Shown piece after piece: positions 36,761 to 45,461 of a stretch of 64,000 nucleotides of DNA. The notes beneath the pieces are model-generated. The model searched no databases, was not told where the DNA came from, and was given only the letters and a program-made list of their open reading frames with translations. Made by a program: the position numbers and the translations under genes. The DNA comes from Bacteroidales bacterium (GTDB taxonomy: Bacteria; Bacteroidota; Bacteroidia; Bacteroidales; UBA932), in NCBI GenBank assembly GCA_016287075.1, contig JAEEVC010000012.1, positions 23,916 to 87,915 of the forward strand, written 5' to 3'. Each line of letters opens with the position of its first letter. Positions within the stretch are counted from its first letter, which is position 1.

Positions 36761-37609
36761 ATGAACGCTTCGTATATCATCCTTGTCGAGAGCGGCGCCA
36801 CCAAGAGCGAATGGCGGGTGCTCGAGCGCGGCGGGAAGGAAGTCAAACGCTTCTTCCGCGCCGGCATGAACGTTTCCACCATGCGGATGGAAGACGTGCA
36901 GGCCACCCTGGCGGAGGCCGTCGGGAGGGAAGGCCTGATGAACGCCGGCGGGTTCTACCTTTACACCGCGGGCATCGTCACCCCGGAGGTCCGGCGCATG
37001 GTGGAAGGCCTGCTTCGGGAACACTTCAGGATCGGCGATGTGGACATCCAGAACGACCTGACGGGCGCCGCGCGCGCGGCCTGCGGGCACAGACCCGGCA
37101 TCGCCGCCATCCTCGGGACCGGTTCGAACACATGCTTTTACGACGGCGAGCAACTGACCCAGAAGGTCTATTCCGGGGGCTATGTCATCGGCGACGAAGG
37201 CAGCGGCGCAAGTCTCGGGAAACGTTTCCTCGCTGACTATATCAAGGGGCTCGTACCGGAGCCCCTCGCGACGGATTTCGCCCGGGAATTCGACGCCTCC
37301 TACGCCGGCATCGTGCAGGGGGTTTATCGCAGCGCCTCCCCCTCGGGCTACCTCGGCAGCCTGGCGCCGATGATCCTGCGCCATTATGACCATCCCTACG
37401 CCAAGGATTTGGTGGACAGGAACTTCCAGGACTTCATCGACCGCTCCCTCCTCCGCTACGACGTCGCCGCCTATCCGGTCGGCATCGTGGGCGGTTTCGG
37501 ATGGGCCTGCCGGGACATCCTCCGCCCGCTCTGCGAAAAGTCCGGCATCCAGATCTCCCGCTTCATCCAGGCCCCCATCGAAGGGCTCTGCGCATACCAT
37601 ACGGAATAA
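36761..37609 (+). CDS. BadF/BadG/BcrA/BcrD-type ATPase (N-acetylglucosamine kinase-like)
   Basis: ILVESGATKSEW (phosphate-1), AAILGTGSN and YVIGDEGSGASLGK, the ASKHA sugar-kinase motifs. Confidence 0.8.
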   Translation: MNASYIILVESGATKSEWRVLERGGKEVKRFFRAGMNVSTMRMEDVQATLAEAVGREGLMNAGGFYLYTAGIVTPEVRRMVEGLLREHFRIGDVDIQNDLTGAARAACGHRPGIAAILGTGSNTCFYDGEQLTQKVYSGGYVIGDEGSGASLGKRFLADYIKGLVPEPLATDFAREFDASYAGIVQGVYRSASPSGYLGSLAPMILRHYDHPYAKDLVDRNFQDFIDRSLLRYDVAAYPVGIVGGFGWACRDILRPLCEKSGIQISRFIQAPIEGLCAYHTE

Positions 37610-37617
37610 CACCCGCT

Positions 37618-37655
37618 CCGCCCCGTTTTTTTTGCGGGGCGGGCTTGCTTTTTCC
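37618..37655 (+). terminator. Rho-independent terminator after the kinase gene
   Basis: CCGCCCCG-TTTTTTTT-G-CGGGGCGG followed by GCTTGCTTTTT. Confidence 0.7.
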
Positions 37656-37711
37656 CGTGGGAAAATGTATCTTTAGGGCTTGTAATTGAAACACAAAACA
37701 AGCCATAGAAT

Positions 37712-40700
37712 ATGAAAAGGATGCATTTTGCCCTGACTGCCGTGCTGGCGGCTGTGGCAATGGTCATTGCGGGATGCAACCGTGAACTGGAACGGCCGGC
37801 GGGCCTGGAAGGCGCGGTGCTCCGCGCCGCATTGGAGACAGCAGAGGTTCCCTCGCGCGTAGCCTTCGCGGACAACGGCGCTTTCTCCTGGAGTGAAGGG
37901 GATGCCGTCGCGGTGATTACCGACGCCGGGATCCGGACGATGACGCTGGCCGGCGGCGCCGGGGCGGCGACAGCCAGCTTCGAGGGCGACCTGTCGGGGG
38001 CGACCAGCGCCTCGGCGGCCATCTTCCCCGCAGCGGTAGCAAAGGATGCCACGACGATCACCCTGCCCGACCATTACACCTACCGGGAAGGGCAGACGAA
38101 CGCGCTGATGCTCGCATCCTCGCCCGATCTTTCCAAGACGGTGACTTTCAAGCACCTGGGCGGCATCATCAAGGTCGTCTATGAAAGCATTCCCGCCGAG
38201 GCGGACGCCTTTGTCCTGAAGGCCTCCTCCAAGATTACCGGCGACTTCCTCTTCTCGATGAACGCCGTCGCCCCCGATGCGGCGGCAGGCGCCCCGAAGA
38301 CGCGCGACGGAGCGGCCGCCGACAACCAGGTAACCATCACCTTCCCGGCCGGTTCGAACCCGAAGGCCTTCTATGTCCCCGTCCCGACGGGCACGTACAC
38401 CTTCTCCGTCGAACTGCAGAAGGGCGGCGTCACCATCGAAGGGACGCAGAAGGCGACCTCCTCCCCCAAGACCATCGCCCGCCGGACCCTCCTGCTGATG
38501 GATCCGGTCGCCGGAGCGGCGCCGGCGGCGGAATATCTCCACCAGACGGCCAAGTGGTTCAACACCTCCTCCACCGTCTCCTCCGGCCTCAGCGGCTGGA
38601 CGGGGTCCAACCAGTTCTTCGCCTCCCAGGGAGAAGGCGCCAACAAGGCCTATATCAGCACGTTCAAGGGCAATACCGGGTCGAACGAACCCGTCCGCAC
38701 CAGCGAGAACAACCGCCTCTCCGTAGCCAATATCGCCGAGGGCGACGGTCTCCTGTTCACCTGGCCGGGACAGACCCTCGCCGCCGGGACCGCGGTGGAT
38801 TTCATGGCTTCGCTCATGACCCCGAACGGCAGCGCCCCGAAATACTGGATCTTCGAATACTGGGATGACGGCGCCTGGAAGACGGTGGAGCAGGACCTCC
38901 TGACGGCATCCGAAGACGCGACGCTCCGTTACTCCTTCTATGTCAAGTACTTCAGCGCCTACCAGTACACGACCTTCACCCAGAGTTTCACGCTCTCCAA
39001 GGCCCTGGACAATGAGGACCTGAAGGTCCGGATCCGCGCCGTCGGCCGCTTCAACAACGCGGGCGGGAGCCTCTCCCCTTCCGCCGGCGCCTATCTGTCC
39101 ATCGTCAATTCGAGCTGGCAGGGCGCCCGCCTGGACACGTACCAGGGCTGCCCGGCCAAGGATGTGAAGAAGACCCTCGTCCTCGGCAACTCGTTCACCT
39201 ACTACTACGGGACGGACTTCCTCCTGAAGGAAATCGCCCGCACCCAGGGCCATGAACTCAGGATGCGCACCCACATCAAGGGCAGCCAGACCTTCTACAA
39301 CCACACGCAGCTCGAACGCAGCCAGGCGGCCATCGCGGACGGGGATTTCGACTTCGCCCTGCTCCAGGACCAGTCCAACCAGCACGCCGCCTACTATGCC
39401 GATCCGGCCACGAACGCCTCCATCCTCAATGACACGAAGACGCTCCTCGGCCAGATCAAGGCCAAGTCCCCCGCCGTCCAGCCGGTCATCGAGCAGACCT
39501 GGGCCTATGCGGGAAGCAGCAACAACTACAACGGTTACGGCAGCTACGAGGTCTTCGACAAGGCCCTCCTCGGCGGCGCCCTGCTCATCACCGATGCGAC
39601 GGACACCTGGATGTCCCCGGTCGGCGTCGCCTTCGAAAAGGCGCGTGCCGCGGGCATTTCCCTCTATCATACCGACAACAAGCATCCCGGCCTGAACGGC
39701 GCCTACCTCAAGGCCTGCGTCAATTACCTCATCCTCTTCGGCGAGCCGTTCGACGCGCATGCGCCCGACTGCACGGTCCCGGCCGCGACGGCGAAGAAAC
39801 TCCGCGACATCGCCGAGGAAGTCGTCATCGGCCATGTCTCCGAATACCGGAACCCGGACGCCTCCGCGGTCGTCCCGGGCGAGGGCATGGGCGGAGGCGG
39901 CGGGGAGATCGACCCGTCGCAGGTCACGCCCGGCGAGAACGGCATCCGCACCCCGGAGCAGCTCCGCTCCTTCGCCTATGTGTACAACAACGGCGGCGAC
40001 ATCTCCTCGTACTGCAACGCGGCCGGTGAGGTGGTCCTGCTGGAGGACATCGAACTGCCCGGCACCCGCTGGGAGCCGATCGGCACGGTGTCCGGCGTCA
40101 ATTACGCCGACATGCCCACCGTCACCAGCGGCTTCAAGGGCGTGTTCGACGGACAGGGCCATACGATCACGGGCCTGACCCTGGTCGTCGATTCCAACCA
40201 GTTCACCACGATGGGCTTCTTCGGCGCCACCCACAGCGCCACCATCCGGAACGTCCGCTTCGAAGACGTCACCGTGACGGCCAACAGCTCCGGGATCAGC
40301 AGCAACATGCTCTGCATCGGCACGGTCGTCGGCTGCGCCCTGGACACCCATATCGAACAGGTCTCCGTCGCCGCCGCTTTCAGCGGGAAAATGACGTCCA
40401 CCGCTGCCCGCCATGTCTCCATCGGCGGCGTCGCCGGTGTCGTCGCCTCCTCCGCCGACAACGCGTCCACCCTGACCGACGTCCGTTTCGAGGGGACCAT
40501 GACGAACGATCTCGGGACCAGGTATTCCAACACCAACTCCTCCATCATCGGCGGCATCTGCGGCGGCATCCCGAACGGCAGTGGCTGCAAGACGGTGACC
40601 TTCCTCCGCTGTGTCAACGACGGCGATCTCGACGTCAAGGCCCACCGCGTCGCGGGCATCACCTCCGGCTGCACCCACGCCCATGTCGAGTCCTGCACGA

Positions 40701-41155
40701 ACAACGGCGACATCACCGTCTCCCAGTCCGCCTCCGCTGCCGGCGGCAGCGTGACGGGCTGCCGCGTCGGTGGCATAACCGCCTACTGCTCATCCACTTC
40801 GGCCAACAACTATTACGTCAAGGACTGCGAGAACACCGGCACGATCACCGTCCCCGAAGGTGCCAGCTACGTCGGCGGCATCGGTGGCATCTACCGCACC
40901 TATACGGTCATCGGCTGCCGCAACCGCGGCAACATCTACGCGAAGGACGCCACCCGGGGTCTTCTCGTAGGCTGCATCACCTCGGCCAATGTCGAGACCA
41001 CCTTCTCCGACTGCCACATCCGCGGCCGGATCGGCCCGGACGCCGCCTCGGCCCAGGAGGCCACGCCGGACAACTACCTGTCCCTCGGCATTTCCTTCAA
41101 CGGCGGGACGGCGGCGACCTGGAATGCGGAGAACGTGCATTTCCTCGCTGAATGA
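37712..41155 (+). CDS. 1147-aa chimeric surface lipoprotein: fimbrillin-like N-domain, unknown middle domain, SGNH/DUF4886-like hydrolase domain, GLUG-type beta-helix C-terminus
   Basis: Lipobox VIAGC, then FSWSEGDAVAV...ASFEGDL...TFKHLGGIIKV, as in P2 and P3. TLVLGNSFTYYYG (block I GNS) and LYHTDNKHPG (DxxH) follow. After a Gly linker come FKGVFDGQGHTITGL and repeated IGGVAG/IGGICG/VGGITA/VGGIGG units. Confidence 0.8.
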   Translation: MKRMHFALTAVLAAVAMVIAGCNRELERPAGLEGAVLRAALETAEVPSRVAFADNGAFSWSEGDAVAVITDAGIRTMTLAGGAGAATASFEGDLSGATSASAAIFPAAVAKDATTITLPDHYTYREGQTNALMLASSPDLSKTVTFKHLGGIIKVVYESIPAEADAFVLKASSKITGDFLFSMNAVAPDAAAGAPKTRDGAAADNQVTITFPAGSNPKAFYVPVPTGTYTFSVELQKGGVTIEGTQKATSSPKTIARRTLLLMDPVAGAAPAAEYLHQTAKWFNTSSTVSSGLSGWTGSNQFFASQGEGANKAYISTFKGNTGSNEPVRTSENNRLSVANIAEGDGLLFTWPGQTLAAGTAVDFMASLMTPNGSAPKYWIFEYWDDGAWKTVEQDLLTASEDATLRYSFYVKYFSAYQYTTFTQSFTLSKALDNEDLKVRIRAVGRFNNAGGSLSPSAGAYLSIVNSSWQGARLDTYQGCPAKDVKKTLVLGNSFTYYYGTDFLLKEIARTQGHELRMRTHIKGSQTFYNHTQLERSQAAIADGDFDFALLQDQSNQHAAYYADPATNASILNDTKTLLGQIKAKSPAVQPVIEQTWAYAGSSNNYNGYGSYEVFDKALLGGALLITDATDTWMSPVGVAFEKARAAGISLYHTDNKHPGLNGAYLKACVNYLILFGEPFDAHAPDCTVPAATAKKLRDIAEEVVIGHVSEYRNPDASAVVPGEGMGGGGGEIDPSQVTPGENGIRTPEQLRSFAYVYNNGGDISSYCNAAGEVVLLEDIELPGTRWEPIGTVSGVNYADMPTVTSGFKGVFDGQGHTITGLTLVVDSNQFTTMGFFGATHSATIRNVRFEDVTVTANSSGISSNMLCIGTVVGCALDTHIEQVSVAAAFSGKMTSTAARHVSIGGVAGVVASSADNASTLTDVRFEGTMTNDLGTRYSNTNSSIIGGICGGIPNGSGCKTVTFLRCVNDGDLDVKAHRVAGITSGCTHAHVESCTNNGDITVSQSASAAGGSVTGCRVGGITAYCSSTSANNYYVKDCENTGTITVPEGASYVGGIGGIYRTYTVIGCRNRGNIYAKDATRGLLVGCITSANVETTFSDCHIRGRIGPDAASAQEATPDNYLSLGISFNGGTAATWNAENVHFLAE

Positions 41156-41178
41156 TGGGAATTTGGCAGAATTTTTGC

Positions 41179-41186
41179 TAATTTTG
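41179..41186 (+). promoter_or_regulatory. -7 promoter box TAATTTTG upstream of exbB
   Basis: Exact TAnnTTTG match 66 nt before the ATG. A GC palindrome TCGCGGGC-C-GCCCGCGA (41196-41212) lies in the putative leader. Confidence 0.4.
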
Positions 41187-41251
41187 CGCTTCGTTTCGCG
41201 GGCCCGCCCGCGACGCGCAGGTAAAATTCACCGACAAATAGGATTAAACAT

Positions 41252-41968
41252 ATGATTTTCAACATTTTACAAGCAGACACACTCGCCCAGGCAGCGGCTG
41301 AAACCGTAGAACAGACCATCGCGGCCCAGCCGGTCGAGATGAGCGAAAGCCTCTTTTCGATGTTCCGGATGGGCGGCGTCCTGATGTGGGTCCTCCTCGC
41401 CCTCTCGATCCTGGCCATCTACCTGATCGGCAAGAAATGGTGGATGATCCGCAGCGCCTCGAAGATCGACGCCAACTTCATGAACGACATCCGCGACTAT
41501 GTGACCGCCGGCAAGTACAAGTCCGCCGTCACCCTCTGCCGCAAGTATGACAACCCGGTCGCCCGCATGATCGAGACCGGCATCCACCGGATCGGCCGTC
41601 CGATGGCCGACATCCAGTCCGCCATCGAGAACATCGGCAACGTCGAGGTCGCCCGCCTGGAGCGGGGGCTCCCGATCCTCGCCTCCATCGCCGGCGGCGC
41701 CCCGATGATCGGTTTCCTCGGAACGGTCATCGGCATGGTCCAGGCCTTCTTCAACATGTCCAAGGCCGGCAACAACATCGACATCACCCTCCTCTCCGGC
41801 GGCATCTACACGGCCATGATCACCACGGTCGGCGGCCTCATCGTGGGCATCATCGCCTACTTCGGCTACAACTGGCTGACCTCGCGGATCTCCGACCTCG
41901 TGTACAAGATGGAGAGCTCGACCCTCGAATTCATCGACATCGTCCTTAACCCCACAGAAGAGGCATAA
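41252..41968 (+). CDS. exbB: MotA/TolQ/ExbB proton channel
   Basis: Three TMs and LASIAGGAPMIGFLGTVIGMVQAF, the family signature. Confidence 0.9.
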   Translation: MIFNILQADTLAQAAAETVEQTIAAQPVEMSESLFSMFRMGGVLMWVLLALSILAIYLIGKKWWMIRSASKIDANFMNDIRDYVTAGKYKSAVTLCRKYDNPVARMIETGIHRIGRPMADIQSAIENIGNVEVARLERGLPILASIAGGAPMIGFLGTVIGMVQAFFNMSKAGNNIDITLLSGGIYTAMITTVGGLIVGIIAYFGYNWLTSRISDLVYKMESSTLEFIDIVLNPTEEA

Positions 41969-42378
41969 TGGCACTCAAGCGAAACACCCGGGTCGATCCC
42001 TCGTTCTCGGTATCCTCGATGACGGATATCGTGTTCCTGCTGCTGATCTTCTTCCTGGTGACCTCGACGCTGATCAACCCCAACGCCCTCAAGCTCCTCC
42101 TCCCGAAGAGCACGGGCCAGGTCGGCGCGAAGGCGACGGTCAGCGTCAGCATCAAGGACTGGCAGAACGACACCTACACCTACCACATCAACGGCGACAG
42201 GGACCCGCTCCCCTATGACCAGGTCGAAGAGCAGCTGATCTCCCTCCTCCAGAACGAGGAGGACCCGACCTTCTCCATCTTCTCCGACGAGAGCGTCCCC
42301 GTCGGCGAGGTCGTCGCCATCATGAACATCGCGAAGCGCAACCACTACAAGGTGATCCTCGCGACACAACCCGAATAA
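41968..42378 (+). CDS. exbD: Biopolymer transport protein ExbD/TolR
   Basis: SSMTDIVFLLLIFFLVTS single TM. The start overlaps the exbB stop. Confidence 0.9.
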   Translation: MALKRNTRVDPSFSVSSMTDIVFLLLIFFLVTSTLINPNALKLLLPKSTGQVGAKATVSVSIKDWQNDTYTYHINGDRDPLPYDQVEEQLISLLQNEEDPTFSIFSDESVPVGEVVAIMNIAKRNHYKVILATQPE

Positions 42379-42385
42379 CAGGCCC

Positions 42386-43180
42386 ATGCAACCGTACATC
42401 CGCACACGAAAGGCACAGGAAACCCGGTCCCTCTGGATCGGCATCATCCTGACGGCAGGTCTCCATGCCGCCGTCCTCGCCGTCTGCGGATTCACGGGGC
42501 TCCATTACCTCTATCCCCCGCCGCCGGAGACGACGTTCCTCCTGGACTTTTCGGAGGACGAGGAGGATATGGTGAAGCCGGAGGAAGCCAGGACCGGCCG
42601 CCAGCCCCAGGCGGAGGAAGTCGACAGGACGCGACCCGTCGAGCTGGTCCGGCAGGCGGAGTCCCCCTATGCCGGCGAGCGGCCGAACAAGACCCCGGCG
42701 ACGAAGCCGGACCCGCACGGGGATGTGGAAGTCCCCGTCCCCGAGAAGCAGGAGCCGAAACTGGATCCCCGCGCCTCTTTCCCGGGAATGAGTTCCGAAC
42801 CGAGTTCCTCCACGGCGCCCCACAGCGCCAAAGAGGCCTCCGAGGGATTCAAGGCCGGCGAGCCGGACGGCAACACGAAGAAAGGCCTGACCACCGGCGC
42901 ACCCAACGCCCACCTGTCCGGCCGTTCCGTCATCGGGACCCTGCAGAAGCCCGGCTACCAGTCCCAGACGGAAGGGACTGTCGTCGTGGCGATCAAGGTG
43001 GACCCGTACGGCAATGTCCTGGAAGCCGTCCCCGGCGCCCAGGGGACGACCGTCACCGATTCCGCCCTCTGGACCGCCGCCCGCAACGCGGCGCTCAAGG
43101 CCCATTTCAGCCAGAAGGCCGACGCCCCGGCCGTCCAGCTGGGCACGATAACCTATGTTTTCAAACTGACAGCAAACTAA
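42386..43180 (+). CDS. tonB: TonB-family energy transducer
   Basis: N-terminal TM, a Pro/Glu-rich spacer and a C-terminal TonB_C-like GTVVVAIKVDPYGNVLEAVPG...LGTITYVFKL. Confidence 0.8.
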   Translation: MQPYIRTRKAQETRSLWIGIILTAGLHAAVLAVCGFTGLHYLYPPPPETTFLLDFSEDEEDMVKPEEARTGRQPQAEEVDRTRPVELVRQAESPYAGERPNKTPATKPDPHGDVEVPVPEKQEPKLDPRASFPGMSSEPSSSTAPHSAKEASEGFKAGEPDGNTKKGLTTGAPNAHLSGRSVIGTLQKPGYQSQTEGTVVVAIKVDPYGNVLEAVPGAQGTTVTDSALWTAARNAALKAHFSQKADAPAVQLGTITYVFKLTAN

Positions 43181-43240
43181 CCCCGTGGCGTGAGCCACCG
43201 AACAAGTATTTACCTTTAAAGCCGAAAGGCACATTGTACA

Positions 43241-44569
43241 ATGGATTACAACAAGAAAGGCAGCGACAGCTACCAGGGTCGTAGGGATTACGACCGGCAT
43301 GAGACCGGCTCCGGCCGGAAGCACTTCACAACGAGAAAGTCCTATCCGGACGCCGGCGCCCAGCGCGTCTTCACCACCGACGGCGGAGACCAGCGCAGCG
43401 AAGCCGAACGCCAGGCCGATTACCGTGCCCGCGGCGAACGGCCCTACCGTTCCGAACGGAACTACCACAGCGACAGGAACTACCATTCCGACCGGTCCTA
43501 TGACACCGGCCGCAGTTACGATGGCGAGGAGCGCGCCCCGCGCGCCTATGGCGAACGCCGTCCGCAGGGACGCAGCTACGGCGAAGGCGGCTATGGCCGC
43601 GGCGAGCGCCGGATCGGCGAAGGCCGCCCCTATGGCGAGAGCCGGGGCTACGGCGACCGTCCCCACGGCGAAGGCCGCCCGTACGGCGACCGTCCCGCAC
43701 GCGCCAACGGCCGTCCGCAGTCTCCCAAGCCGTATCCGAAGAAAGGCGTGAAACCCGCCGCGAAACTCGGCATCGAGGCCATGGTCAAGCGCAAGGCCGC
43801 CGATGACCGGAACAACCTCTCCGACAACGACACCGTGGCGACCCCGATCCAGGAAGTCGTCCGCCTCAACAAGTTCATCGCCAATTCCGGCGTCTGCTCC
43901 CGCAGGGAAGCCGATACCCTCATCCAGTCCGGCGTCGTCACCGTCAACGGCGAAGTCGTCACCGAACTCGGGTCGAAGGTCAACATCCTCATGGACGACG
44001 TCCGTTTCAACGGCGAACGCCTCAAGGGCGAGGACAAGGTCTATATCGTGATGAACAAGCCGCGTGGCTATGTCACCACCGCCAGCGACCCCCACGCCGA
44101 GAAGACCGTCATGCTGCTGCTCCGCGGCTGCCCGAAGCGCGTCTTCCCCGTCGGCCGCCTCGACAAGAACACGACCGGCGTGCTGATGTTCACCAACGAC
44201 GGCGAGATGGCCGAGCGCCTGACCCACCCGTCCTACAACAAGAAGAAAATCTACCAGGTGACCCTGGACCAGCCGCTCAAGGAAGAGGACAAGGCCAGGA
44301 TCCTCGAGGGCATCGAACTGACCGACGGTCCCGTCAAGGCCGATGAACTCGAATACATCGACCAGAAGGACCACCGCAAGCTCGGCATCGAGATCCACTC
44401 GGGCAAGAACCGCATCGTCCGCCGGATCTTCGAATCCCTCGGCTACGACGTCAAGGCCCTCGACCGCGTCTATTTCGCCGGCCTGACGAAGAAAGGCCTC
44501 AAGAAGGGCGACTGGCGCTACCTCACCGAGGGCGAAGTCAACATCCTCAAGATGGGAGCGTACGTATAA
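43241..44569 (+). CDS. rluB: RluB/RsuA-family pseudouridine synthase with about 190-aa Arg/Gly/Tyr-rich N-terminal extension
   Basis: S4 domain RLNKFIANSGVCSRREAD and the catalytic motif VFPVGRLDKNTTGVLMFTNDG. The extension has repeated RNYHSD and GEGRPYGDRP units. Confidence 0.85.
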   Translation: MDYNKKGSDSYQGRRDYDRHETGSGRKHFTTRKSYPDAGAQRVFTTDGGDQRSEAERQADYRARGERPYRSERNYHSDRNYHSDRSYDTGRSYDGEERAPRAYGERRPQGRSYGEGGYGRGERRIGEGRPYGESRGYGDRPHGEGRPYGDRPARANGRPQSPKPYPKKGVKPAAKLGIEAMVKRKAADDRNNLSDNDTVATPIQEVVRLNKFIANSGVCSRREADTLIQSGVVTVNGEVVTELGSKVNILMDDVRFNGERLKGEDKVYIVMNKPRGYVTTASDPHAEKTVMLLLRGCPKRVFPVGRLDKNTTGVLMFTNDGEMAERLTHPSYNKKKIYQVTLDQPLKEEDKARILEGIELTDGPVKADELEYIDQKDHRKLGIEIHSGKNRIVRRIFESLGYDVKALDRVYFAGLTKKGLKKGDWRYLTEGEVNILKMGAYV

Positions 44570-45447
44570 TGCACAGGGCAGGTTTCGTCAACATCATCGG
44601 CAATCCGAACGTCGGGAAGTCCACCCTGATGAACGCCCTCGTGGGCGAGAAGCTCTCCATCGTCACGGCGAAGGCCCAGACGACGCGGCACCGCATCATG
44701 GGCATCGTGAACGGGGAGGATTACCAGATCGTCTATTCGGACACGCCCGGCATCCTGAAGCCCAACTACCGGCTCCAGCAGAACATGATGAACTTCGTGG
44801 ACACCGCCATCGGTGACGCGGACATCATCCTCTATGTGACCGACACGGTCGAAAAGGGCGACAAGAACGCCGACTACATCGCCAAGCTGCAGAAGGTCTC
44901 CTGCCCGGTCATCCTGGTGATCAACAAGATCGACATCAGCACCCAGGAAAAGGTCCTGGAACTGATGGCCTGGTGGAAGGAACAGCTGCCGGAGGCGGTC
45001 ATCATCCCGGCCTCCGCCCAGGAGAAATTCAACCTCGAGAACATCCTGGAGGCCGTTTCCAGCCGCCTTCCCGAGGCGCCGGCCTGGTTCGACAAGGACC
45101 AGTTCACAGACAAGAACCTCCGCTTCTTCGCCGCCGAGATCCTGCGCGAGAAGATATTCCTCAACTACAGCGAGGAAATCCCCTACAGCTGCCAGGTCGA
45201 GATCGAGTCCTTCCTCGAAGGCGAGGAGCGCTACGAGATCAGCGCCGTCATCTACGTGATGCGGGATTCCCAGAAGGGGATCCTCATCGGCAGGCAGGGC
45301 GCCGCGCTGAAGAAGGTGGGCACCCAGGCCCGCATCGACATGGAGGACTTCTTCCAGAAGAAGGTCTTCCTTTCCACCTTCGTCAAGGTGGATCCCGACT
45401 GGCGCGAGAACCGCAGGGAACTCCGCCGCTTTGGCTATGAATTCTAA
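44569..45447 (+). CDS. era: GTPase Era
   Basis: [26 protein letters not shown] and a KH domain at the C-terminus. A TAATG junction overlaps the rluB stop. Confidence 0.95.
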   Translation: MHRAGFVNIIGNPNVGKSTLMNALVGEKLSIVTAKAQTTRHRIMGIVNGEDYQIVYSDTPGILKPNYRLQQNMMNFVDTAIGDADIILYVTDTVEKGDKNADYIAKLQKVSCPVILVINKIDISTQEKVLELMAWWKEQLPEAVIIPASAQEKFNLENILEAVSSRLPEAPAWFDKDQFTDKNLRFFAAEILREKIFLNYSEEIPYSCQVEIESFLEGEERYEISAVIYVMRDSQKGILIGRQGAALKKVGTQARIDMEDFFQKKVFLSTFVKVDPDWRENRRELRRFGYEF

Positions 45448-45461
45448 AACCATGAACGACT

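Noticed and set aside
30034-43180. Treating the four lipoproteins plus exbB-exbD-tonB as one transport system.
   Set aside because: The exbB cluster has its own TAATTTTG box. The locus contains no TonB-dependent transporter. ExbBD-TonB clusters are housekeeping in Bacteroidota, so the adjacency is most simply coincidental.
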